A stretch of DNA of 64,000 bases from Longimicrobiales bacterium (GTDB lineage: Bacteria > Gemmatimonadota > Gemmatimonadetes > Longimicrobiales > Gaopeijiaceae). A program made the translations under genes and the position numbers. Under the pieces are notes generated by a model. That model did no database searches. It had not been told where the DNA came from and saw nothing but the letters and a program-made list of their open reading frames with translations. The stretch spans positions 896,001 to 960,000 of the forward strand of contig CBDDCX010000008.1 in NCBI GenBank assembly GCA_965226375.1, read 5' to 3'. Positions 9,735 to 18,247 of this stretch are shown in pieces. Numbering within the stretch: position 1 is the first letter of the stretch; each line of letters opens with the position of its first letter.

Positions 9735-10401
9735 CGTCGGCTCAATCCTGCTGGCGTTCGGACTTCAGGCGTGGTGGGACGGCGTTCAGGCGCGTGCTAC
9801 GGAGCGGAGCTACCTGCTCTCGCTCGGCGAAGAGTTCAGGCAGGCGCGTCCCCAACCAATGCGCGAACGGTCCCTTCGCTACGTCGCAGCCCTCATTGAC
9901 CAAACGCAAGGCGAACGGCTTGATGAGCCCGACTCCTTGTACCGTTGGACCACAGGGCTGTCGCAGCAGATCGAGTTCGATCCACCGCGCGCTGTGTTTG
10001 ACGATTTGGTGTCAGCGGGAGCGACGCAACTGATACGATCAGACAGCCTCCGACGGGCATTCGCTCGCTACTCGTCCCGGTTGGCTGCGTTGCGGTACGC
10101 TGACGCCCAGGCCTGGGCAACATGGGAGCAGAGAATCCAGCCATTCCTCGAGGGTCGAGTCCCACGATTGGAGCGTCTCCGAAACGGCGGGTTCGGGGCT
10201 GCCCCAGACCTTGGCGTCCCATTCGGGCCCTCGCGCCATGCGGCGCAGTGGGAGGAGGTGCTGCGCAGCGCTGGCTTCGAGGACATGCTCGTCGAAAGAT
10301 GGATGCGCCTTCGGCTCGCTAAGCGTCGCTATGACGACATAGTCGAACTCTCCGAGGAAACCCTCCGCTTGATCGCCAAGGAATTGGAGGACCTTGGATA
10401 G
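9685..10401 (+). CDS. DUF6090-like membrane-anchored helical protein
   Basis: N-terminal EGVVIVGSILLAFG TM anchor; DLVSAGATQLIRSDSLR motif; TTG overlaps the upstream TGA. Confidence 0.75.
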   Translation: MNRQVPWLRVFVEGVVIVGSILLAFGLQAWWDGVQARATERSYLLSLGEEFRQARPQPMRERSLRYVAALIDQTQGERLDEPDSLYRWTTGLSQQIEFDPPRAVFDDLVSAGATQLIRSDSLRRAFARYSSRLAALRYADAQAWATWEQRIQPFLEGRVPRLERLRNGGFGAAPDLGVPFGPSRHAAQWEEVLRSAGFEDMLVERWMRLRLAKRRYDDIVELSEETLRLIAKELEDLG

Positions 10402-11160
10402 CCACACGAGCGTGCACCTTGAGATCAAGTTTGAAGTGCAACACGCAAGGGGTTCATGGTCACAGGTCGCGGACCCGATAACGCCCGTCTAAGCGACGAG
10501 AGCCTCCACCCTACCCCTGATACCGAATAAACCCCGAAGACGCTCAGAACGCGAATACAGGCCCCTAGACGGCTTCTTGCGAGGTCAGCGAGAAGTTGAG
10601 CTTGCGCTTCCCGACCTGCGGATAGGATGTTGAGCGGGTCTGATTGTGGAGGTGTGCCTGTGTCCGATCTCGTCGCTCGTCTGAACGCTGTCCTTGGTCG
10701 CGCCGCCTCTCGAATCTTCCCGGTTACGGTGTTGAGCCTGGCCCTCGTGAGCTGCTCACGCTCGCCATCCGGCTCCACGGTGCTGACGGTCGACATGCCG
10801 TTGCATCTGGAGCAGCACCTAGACGCTGCCACCATCGTGGGCTCCGAAGTACCGGAGGACGTTCCGACCGTTATGGAGTGGCACTTCGACGAGCCCCAAG
10901 AAGATTGGAAGCCGGTGGTCCCGTGGAACCCAACGCACGATCCGGTCGAGATCACCCAGCTCGACGACGCGCTGCGAGTCACGTTTACGGACGGTACGAG
11001 GAATCAGTACGGCGGGCTGGATGGCGGCCTGGTTCTGGAGGTGCCCGATTGGAACTACGAGGATCTGGCTCATCTCGTGGTGCGTGCTCGCACCGCCGAT
11101 GATGTCGGGGGCTTCAGGCTCGCCTTCAATCGACGTGAAGGGCCTGGGAGGGAGACACGC

Positions 11161-12946
11161 GGTACAGCCTACCCTGATCCTTTACACAATGGCCTACACT
11201 GATGGTTGACAGGTTCCTATCAACCAGGGTTCTGCAACAAGGAGAGCCCGATGGACTGGAACCGGTCGACCATGTACGAGCAAAGAGTACGCTTCATCCT
11301 CGAAGTGCAACAACGGACGTTCAGTTTCGCCGAGTCCTGTAGGCGCTACGGTATTAGCAGGACCGCGGGATACACCTGGTGGAATCGCTTCCGCGCAGAG
11401 GGATTCGAGGGACTTCAAGAGCGATCGCGCCGACCCCATCACTGCCCGCACGCCGTGGAGGAGCCGATCGTCGAACACGTCGTCGACCTGCGTCAGCGCT
11501 ACGGTATGGGGATCACGCAAGATCCGTAAACTCACGAGCTGAGAAGTTTGGCTCGGCCCCAGTTCGCAGGACGATCGATCGCATCTTCGAGCGTCACGAC
11601 CAGGGAAAAGTGACATCTACAGCCGCTACGTCGTGGGATGGATGGTGGCGGCGGGAGACGGCCTCCAGCAGAGCTGCCTGAAGCATGGCGTCCAGCCCCG
11701 GGTCCTGGCACTCGGATCGGGGAGCTCCAATGACGAGCCAATGCAGCTCAACTTCTCGCTGACCTCGGCGTGACCCGCTCGTTGAGCCGGCCTCAGGTGT
11801 CGGATGACAACCCGTTTTGAGTTCAAAACCTTGAAGTACCATCCCTCGTTTCCCGGACGGTCGGGGATCAGGGCCAAGCCAAGACGTTCTGTCGATCGTT
11901 CTTCCGCTGGAGCACCGCCATGGCGGCATCTCGCTAACCCCCGAGCAGGTCCACTTCGGGAACGCCGATCAGGTCATTGCCGGCAGGAAATCCGTGCTCC
12001 GCGAAGCATGGGCCGCTCATCCCGAACGCTTCGTCGCCGAAGCCCAAACCGCTCCCGGAGGCCGTCTTCATCAATCCTCCCATCCCTTCCCTCACCACAC
12101 AGGACATTGCTCTCTAATTAATCCCGTAGAGTGTCCCATTGTCGTTGACAATGCGGTCTGGACCGTCGACTTCAAAGGGCAGTTCAAGATGCGCAACGGT
12201 CGCTACTGCTACCCCCTCACGATCCAGGACGGCTTCAGCCGGTTCCTGCTCGAGTGCACAGGGCTGTATTCCACGTCGATCGAGCTCGCCAAGCCTGTGT
12301 TCATCAGGACTTTCCGCGAGTTCGGTCTGCCCGCCGTCATCCGCTCCGACAATGGTACGCCCTTCGCTTCCATCGGCCTCGCTCGCCTCACACGCCTGAG
12401 TGCCTGGTGGATCCGCCTCGGTATCCGTCCTGAGACCATCGAGCCGGGTAAGCCGCAGCAGAACGGCCGACACGAACGCATGCACAGGACCCTCAAGCGT
12501 GAAGCCACTCGCCCGCCCAAGGCCAACCTCAGTGCCCAGCAGCGCCACTTCAACGACTTCCGCCACACATTCAATCACATCCGCCCCCACGAGGCGCTCG
12601 ACGACGCTACTCCCCATTCCGTCTACCGATCGGCTCTTAGAGCCTACCCCGACGTCCTTCCGCCCATCGAGTACCCTGAGCACTTCGAGGTCCGTAAGGT
12701 CTCTACAAACGGAGCCATCCGCTGGCACTCGCGTTGGATCAACATCAGTTCGGCTCTGGGCAACGAGTTCATCGGGCTCGAACCCATCGGCCCCGCTCTG
12801 TGGCAGGTCTACTTCGGTCCCACTACCCTCGGGTGGTTTGACGAAGAACTCTTCGTCATTTTCGACACCCACGGTAACACAGGACGTAACCCAATCTGTT
12901 AACCATCAGCTGGCACACTTGTGTTAACCATCAGGTGCGCTGTTCA
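11161..12946 (+). mobile_element. IS481-family element, disrupted
   Basis: Imperfect inverted ends, each with two TGAT..TT.ACA units; flanking CGC/CACGC direct repeat; HTH N-terminus from ATG 11251 (frameshifts near 11506 and 11537); rve core WTVDFKG, SDNGTPF, NGRHERMHRTLK, RPHEAL to 12902. Confidence 0.9.
11611..12150 (+). mobile_element. Degraded IS3-family integrase fragment nested in IS481
   Basis: Pieces DIYSRYVVGWMVA, SDRGAPM, LLADLGVTRSLSRPQVSDDNPF, FKTLKYHPSFPGR, AAHPERFV across several frameshifts; end-like GTGTCCCATTGTCGTTGACA. Confidence 0.8.
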
Positions 12947-15016
12947 CGCTTCCGCCAGTACTTCGAGTACGATGGCGAGCCGGTCACTGTTGTAAGTGAC
13001 GGTACGGTGCAGACCTACCGGGCGCGGCTGGATTACTTTAGGGCTTCTCCACCGGAGGACCGATTCGGCAGATTGCCCTGTGGTTCAACCCCCGCGATCT
13101 GGCCAGCATCGACATCCTTTCCATCACACTGGTCCCGAAGGTGGCCAACTATGCCGACGCGGGTGCGGCCTCGCGCACGGAAATCCGCAACCGGGTCTAT
13201 CGGCAGGCTGTGTATACGCACACGCCGGGGCGCGTGGAGTATCGGGTAAAGATCCCTGAAGGTGGCCGTCTCGACTTCGCGATGGGTGTCTTGCGTGAGG
13301 ATGTGCCCGTGACCTTTCGGGTCACGGCGACCGCCGACGGTGCCGAAGGCAGTGAACCGACCACGCTGTTTGAGGAGCACTACGCGGCAAAGGAGACCTG
13401 GGGCCAGCGTTCGGTGGATCTGACCGACCTTGCCGGCCAGACGGTGACGCTCGGCCTCGAGGCCGATTCGGAAGCCGAAGGGCGGGTCGCTTTGTGGGGA
13501 GCGCCTACCGTGACGGGCGGCGGCCAGTCGTCTCTTCCCAACGTCGTCTTCTACGTCTTCGACGGCGGCGCAGCGGACTACATGAGCGTGTACGGCTACA
13601 ACCGTCGCACGACCCCGGCCCTGGAGCGGCTGGCCCAGGAGGGCGTCGTGTTCGAGCGAGCGTATAGCAATTCCAGTTGGACACTGCCCTCGCCCGCCTC
13701 GTTCATGACTTCCCTACAGACAGTGTGACGGGGGGCTTGCTCGGCACCAACGTGAACCCGATACCGGCCGAGGCCGTGACCATGGCCGAGCACGTACACC
13801 GGGCCGGCTACCAGACGGCGGTGTTCACGGGGAACCCCAACGCCGGGACTCTGAGCGATCTCCAGCGTGGGGTCGATCTGTTCCGGGAGGACTGGGAGGA
13901 CTTCTCGTACTTCGGTGGGAATAATCACAGGGAGTCCTCGACGTACCTGCACGAGGGATTCTGGAGCTGGCGGGAGGACTATCCCAGCCAGCCGTTTTGG
14001 GCGCACTTCCAGACGACTGACACGCATGAGGATTTCCCCGCCGTGGCTCCGTTTTCGGGGCTTTTTGTGAGTCCGGATCAGCTGGCGACGTGGCGCGTGT
14101 GGCAAGACTCCCTGGAGTCACTGGGCAACCACGGCGTCTACTCCGGGGCATGGGAGAAGTCTGGGCTGGACCGCGTGAAGTTCTTTGCCATGCACCAGGG
14201 CCTCTACGACGAAACCATGGCCCACAACGACTACCAGCTCGGGCGGCTGGTCGAACGTCTCAAGGCCTCAGGCGAATGGGAAAACACGTTGCTGATCATC
14301 GGGGGCGATCACAGCATTGAAGCGGCCATGGACGACATGGGCGTCGCGATCCAAGACTCGCTTCCTCCCCAATGGAGCCGGCCGATGTTCCGGCCCACGA
14401 TCTCCAGGGTGCCTCTCATGTTTGTGTGGCCGGGTCACATCGAGGGAGGACAGCGGATAGCCCCTCCCGTATCGATGATCGACGTACTCCCCACCCTGCT
14501 CGACCTACTGGGGCTCCCCCCTGCCGAGATCGCACAGGGACAGTCGCTGGCTCCTCTGATGATGGGTCGAGAGGGATGGGAGCTGCGCCCGGTAATCTTC
14601 GACGAGTTCTACTCAGATGCCCAGAACGGAGAAGTGTCGGGCGTTATTGAGGTGGTGGATGGCCGCTGGGAGTGCGACGCTGGAGAGTGTCATGGCCGCT
14701 GGGGTGCGATGGAGATCAATGGGGGGAACCCCGGAGAGAACGAGGGGGAGTGGAAGCGCCCCTCCCCGCTGCTGCTCTACGACCTGTGGAACGATCCGAT
14801 GGCGCTGTGGAGCCTGCACGAGGAACGGCCGGATCTGGTTGAGAAATACACTGCCTTTCTGGAACATCAGTTTGAGGCTCACATGGCCCTGTCTCAGTAC
14901 TTCACACGATCCGGCGATGTTGCGTTGACGCCGGAGCAACTACAGACGCTCCGCACGCTGGGCTACATCCGATGAAGAGGACCGTGAGTGCTGGCGGAGT
15001 CTGCCTCGTCCAGAAT

Positions 15017-15098
15017 TTCTTCGAGGAGTTGAAGGAGCGGGTGCCGAATTGAACCGTCAGGTCCCTTGGCTGCGCGTCTTCGTGGAAGGCGTGGTGAT
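15017..15098 (+). repeat. 82-bp exact direct repeat, copy 2
   Basis: Identical to 9653-9734. Confidence 0.92.
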
Positions 15099-15765
15099 TG
15101 TTGGGTCGATTCTGATGGCGTTCGGGATTGAGGCTTGGTGGGACGGTCAACAGCTTCGGCGGGATGAAGCTCAGGCGCTCGGGGACCTGCATACCGAGTT
15201 TGCAGCCAACCTCGACGGGATTGAGCGTATCACGCGGAGGCACCGAACTCTGATCTCAGCGGGGACCCAGCTCCTTGCTATGACTAGGGACCGTGATGCG
15301 ACCCCACCACGCCCTCAATTGGATACTCTTCTCTTCGCGTCCTTCGTGGACTACACGACCTACGACCCACAATCCGCTGCGCTGAGCGACCTCATCTCCT
15401 CGGGGCGACTAGGCCTGATCAGCGACGACACGCTCCGTATGGCCCTGGCCGACTGGCCAGCCGCGGTCGAGGACTTCATCGAGGAGGAGCGGCTGGTGGT
15501 CCGGCTTGTTGAGTCCTCTCTGCTACCCTACGTAACGGCGCGTGCAGCCACTGTTGACCTTTACCGTGCCTCCCGCGAAGCGTACGGATCATTCGCGCCG
15601 GGTCAACGCGATTCTGACCTCGCCGCGCTACTGGGTGCTCCGGAGTTTGAGAGTCATGTAGCCAATCGAGTTGCTCATGAGAGCCGCGCCCTCTACGAGC
15701 TTGAGATCATCCTCCGGCCACAAGTGGATATGATCCTGGAGCGGTTGGTGAGGGCCACTCGCTAA
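15049..15765 (+). CDS. DUF6090-like membrane-anchored helical protein
   Basis: Same N-terminus as the 9685 gene; DLISSGRLGLISDDTLR motif; stop lies within CGCTAAC. Confidence 0.78.
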   Translation: MNRQVPWLRVFVEGVVIVGSILMAFGIEAWWDGQQLRRDEAQALGDLHTEFAANLDGIERITRRHRTLISAGTQLLAMTRDRDATPPRPQLDTLLFASFVDYTTYDPQSAALSDLISSGRLGLISDDTLRMALADWPAAVEDFIEEERLVVRLVESSLLPYVTARAATVDLYRASREAYGSFAPGQRDSDLAALLGAPEFESHVANRVAHESRALYELEIILRPQVDMILERLVRATR

Positions 15766-15771
15766 CGTAGG

Positions 15772-15891
15772 TGAACAGCGCACCTGATGGTTGACACAAT
15801 GGTGCCAGCTGATGGTTAACAGATTGGGTTACGTCCTGTGTTACCGTGGGTGTCGAAAATGACGAAGAGTTCTTCGTCAAACCACCCGAGG
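15772..15891 (-). mobile_element. Solo right-end fragment of the IS481-family element
   Basis: Reverse complement of 12827-12946 with 3 differences. Confidence 0.9.
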
Positions 15892-16092
15892 CCGTGATCG
15901 ATTTCTTGATGCGGATGGGTCCCGCCACGAGCTGACCCGTGTTGCTCACGATGGCGATCACTGAATACGTTGCGTGTGCATCGATTCCTGCGACAAACAT
16001 GGCTGGCCTCCTTGGGTTGGGTGCCGCAGGTCCTTGAACAAGCCCAGCGTAACGCCCCGCTCGAGTGAGGTCAGCCCTTCGCCTTATAAGAT
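15892..16092 (-). mobile_element. IS110-family left end and transposase N-terminal fragment
   Basis: AAGGAGG RBS, ATG at 16000, MFVAGIDAHATYSVIAIVSNTGQLV (GID start of the RuvC-like domain); end reads ATCTTATAAGG. Confidence 0.72.
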
Positions 16093-16113
16093 CAGAATCG
16101 CAATTCGTTCGAG
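16093..16113 (+). repeat. attC-like site, 3' terminal piece
   Basis: CAGAATCGCAATTCGTTCGAG, 19/21 identical to 17085-17105. Confidence 0.6.
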
Positions 16114-16129
16114 CGCACTGGAGCTGAGG

Positions 16130-16741
16130 TTGTCAGAAGCGAGTTCGGGGATTCCGTTCAGAAGGGCCATCTTCGAGGGTGCGGTCATCCTCGTCCTCAT
16201 ACTCCTGATCGGAGTGTCATGGGGGTGCTCGTCTGATGCCACGGGACCACCGGACGCGCCGGTCGGCGGCGGCGAGGAAACGCCACTGCATGGTCCAGAG
16301 AACCCTGCCCTAGTCGGCGACACGCTAACCCTCTCGAATATCACCGGACTGCGCGGCGGTAACCGGGCTACCATCCGTCTCACGTACCTTGGTCATGTCG
16401 CGGGCGCCGCGGCGCTGGACACGGTGATGGCGGCCAACCAATTCAACGAAGAGCCACCGGCGGGCTTCGAGTATCTACTGGGCCGCTTTTGGGTGGAAAT
16501 CGTCCAGTTGGCCGACCCGGGTATCGCGTTCCGTATGTGGGACGGACACTGGGAATCCGTGTCGGGGGCAGGGGTGATCCATGAACAGCCACTATTTGGA
16601 GTCTGCTGTCTTGAGGAAGTGCTTGATGGGGAGGGGTTCAGGGGCAGGTCATGGGAGGGGTGGGTGCCGTTCTTTGTCTTGCCATCTGACGAAGGAGTGC
16701 TAGGCACCTACCAGCGACTGGTCTGGTTCAAACTGCGTTGA
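16130..16741 (+). CDS. Hypothetical lipoprotein-like protein (DUF4352-like Ig fold possible)
   Basis: TTG start after GGAG; hydrophobic segment then WGC; 'NQFNEEPPAGFEYL' and 'EGWVPF' segments. Confidence 0.6.
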   Translation: MSEASSGIPFRRAIFEGAVILVLILLIGVSWGCSSDATGPPDAPVGGGEETPLHGPENPALVGDTLTLSNITGLRGGNRATIRLTYLGHVAGAAALDTVMAANQFNEEPPAGFEYLLGRFWVEIVQLADPGIAFRMWDGHWESVSGAGVIHEQPLFGVCCLEEVLDGEGFRGRSWEGWVPFFVLPSDEGVLGTYQRLVWFKLR

Positions 16742-16996
16742 AGGCGAGGGGACTACATGACCGCCCTTCTCATTGAGCAAAGCGAGGTTCTTCTCACAGA
16801 TCTAGACAGTCTCCTCGTGGATCTTGATAGGGCCATGGCACGATAGGCCATGTGCGATCGGCGCTCCCAGGGGCTCGTGTCTCTGATTGAGCGTGTCATC
16901 TTTGAAGACGCCTTTCGTTCAGCCCGTTATCGTCAACAGTTCGACATGGCGACGGACTTGATCACCCTTCTCCAGGGGGAAACTGCGCACGGTTCA

Positions 16997-17105
16997 GCCT
17001 AACACCATCACGAAGGACCGGGTCAAGTAGTCCTGAGCATCCCGCTCGCGCGTTTCGCTTGCGGTCACCATCTTAGGCGCGCAGCAGAATCGCAATCCGT
17101 TAGAG
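16997..17105 (+). repeat. attC-like site (R'' GCCTAAC to R' GTTAGAG), left arm apparently partly deleted
   Basis: RYYYAAC overlaps the TAA of the upstream ORF; GTTAG end 23 bp before the next ATG; 109 bp long. Confidence 0.68.
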
Positions 17106-17128
17106 AGCCGCTGCCTGATGGAAGTGCC

Positions 17129-17632
17129 ATGAGCCAAACGCCCGAGAGTCGTCGGTGGAGAAAGCTGGTCGGAGAAGGGCTCCTCATCGTCTTCAGCATT
17201 CTCCTGGCATTTGGGATCGAGGCGGGGTGGAGCCAACGAGGCGAACGCCAGGCCGAGGTCGAGGCTCTGCAAGGGCTAAGTGACGACTTCGTCGAGAGCC
17301 TGGAACGACTCACATCGGTCGGGTCAGACCACGTCGAGGTGCGAGACGCTTCGGTCCGGCTGCTCGCGATGACGGGGCCTGACGCCGACCAGACCGTGTC
17401 CGACCTGGTCATGGACACCTTGGTTATGGCGTTGATCGCCTACCCTAAGGTGTTTCCCGTTACCGCCACGTATGACGCTCTGATCGCTTCCGGCCGAATC
17501 CAACTCCTCGAGAGTGCAGCACTGCGTCGAGAGTTGGCGCGCTGGGCGACGGCGGTCGTAGACCTCCGGGAGGAGGAGCGAGATGCGTTCAGATAAATGG
17601 ACGAACGTCTGCTGCCCTATCTGTTCGATCAG
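17129..17632 (+). pseudogene. DUF6090-like protein, premature TAA and truncated
   Basis: EGLLIVFSILLAFG anchor, ALIASGRIQLLESAALR; TAA at 17594 followed in frame by MDERLLPYL (compare ESSLLPYV in the paralog). Confidence 0.75.
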
Positions 17633-17737
17633 CTCCTGCGTCCGCATCTCTAGGTGGAAGTGAACTTCTTTGTCCACATCCTCACCGATGGGAAGATCAC
17701 CGACATCGGGCCGATCGGAATGGAAACGCCGGTGCAT
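17621..17737 (-). pseudogene. N-terminal stub of a PadR-associated ABC permease (permease prefix domain)
   Basis: EDVDKEVHFHLEMRTQELI motif, then runs into the antisense strand of the 17129 gene. Confidence 0.75.
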
Positions 17738-18069
17738 GGTGCGCCGTCCGTGGCGTGGAGAACCCGGGACATGGCCTCGACGTAACGCCCCCAGTCGCGT
17801 AATTCACGCTCGAGGTGGCCGCGGCCGCCCTTGGTAAGCGTATAGAATTTCGCCTCGCGGCCCGTATCGGTGAGCCCCCACTTGGTTTTCACCAGGTCCT
17901 TCTTCTCGAGCCGTCTCAGCGCCGGGTAGAGCGCTCCCTCTTCCACGGTGAACACGTCTCGAGTGCGGAGTCGAATCGCTTTGGAGATGCCGTATCCATG
18001 TAGGGCCTCCCAACTCAACGTCTTCAGGATGAGCACATCCAGGGTTCCCTTGATCAGCTCCACACGCAT
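17650..18069 (-). CDS. PadR-family transcriptional regulator
   Basis: GTLDVLILKTL, HGYGI, EEGALYPALRRLE, AKFYTLT; the C-terminal 28 or so residues look like stop read-through. Confidence 0.9.
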   Translation of the reverse strand: MRVELIKGTLDVLILKTLSWEALHGYGISKAIRLRTRDVFTVEEGALYPALRRLEKKDLVKTKWGLTDTGREAKFYTLTKGGRGHLERELRDWGRYVEAMSRVLHATDGAPCTGVSIPIGPMSVIFPSVRMWTKKFTST

Positions 18070-18247
18070 ACTCCCGGTTGGCTTCACCCTCTGCACATCG
18101 GGTAAAGATCTTATGCATAAGAATCATAGGGGTCTGTCCAGTAGAGATAGACGGGAAAACACGCCCAAAGGTTGCAGCGGGATTGCGTCTCACGGTTGGA
18201 CAGGGGAGTGTACTAGCTTCCGAAGTGCCGAAATTGAGGAGGTGGTC

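Larger units (their letters stand above)
10660..14975 (+). pseudogene. Sulfatase-like hydrolase lipoprotein interrupted by IS481 and two frameshifts
   Basis: GGAGG plus GTG at 10660; lipobox LVSC; resumes at 12947; PNVVFYVFD, SWTLPS, GDH, RVPL, DVLPTLLDL, LRTLGYI; frameshifts near 13058 and 13720. Confidence 0.85.

Noticed and set aside
11994..12902. Intact 302-aa transposase from the ORF track
   Set aside because: The first ~52 codons come from the nested IS3 fragment; only 12150 onward is IS481
8459..15765. Diversity-generating retroelement (template/variable repeat pair)
   Set aside because: No reverse transcriptase; repeat differences are not adenine-specific and the 82-bp pair is identical
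6060..17740. attL/attR duplication of the tRNA-Val 3' end or a prophage
   Set aside because: No second copy of the tRNA 3' end, no integrase and no phage genes were found by eye
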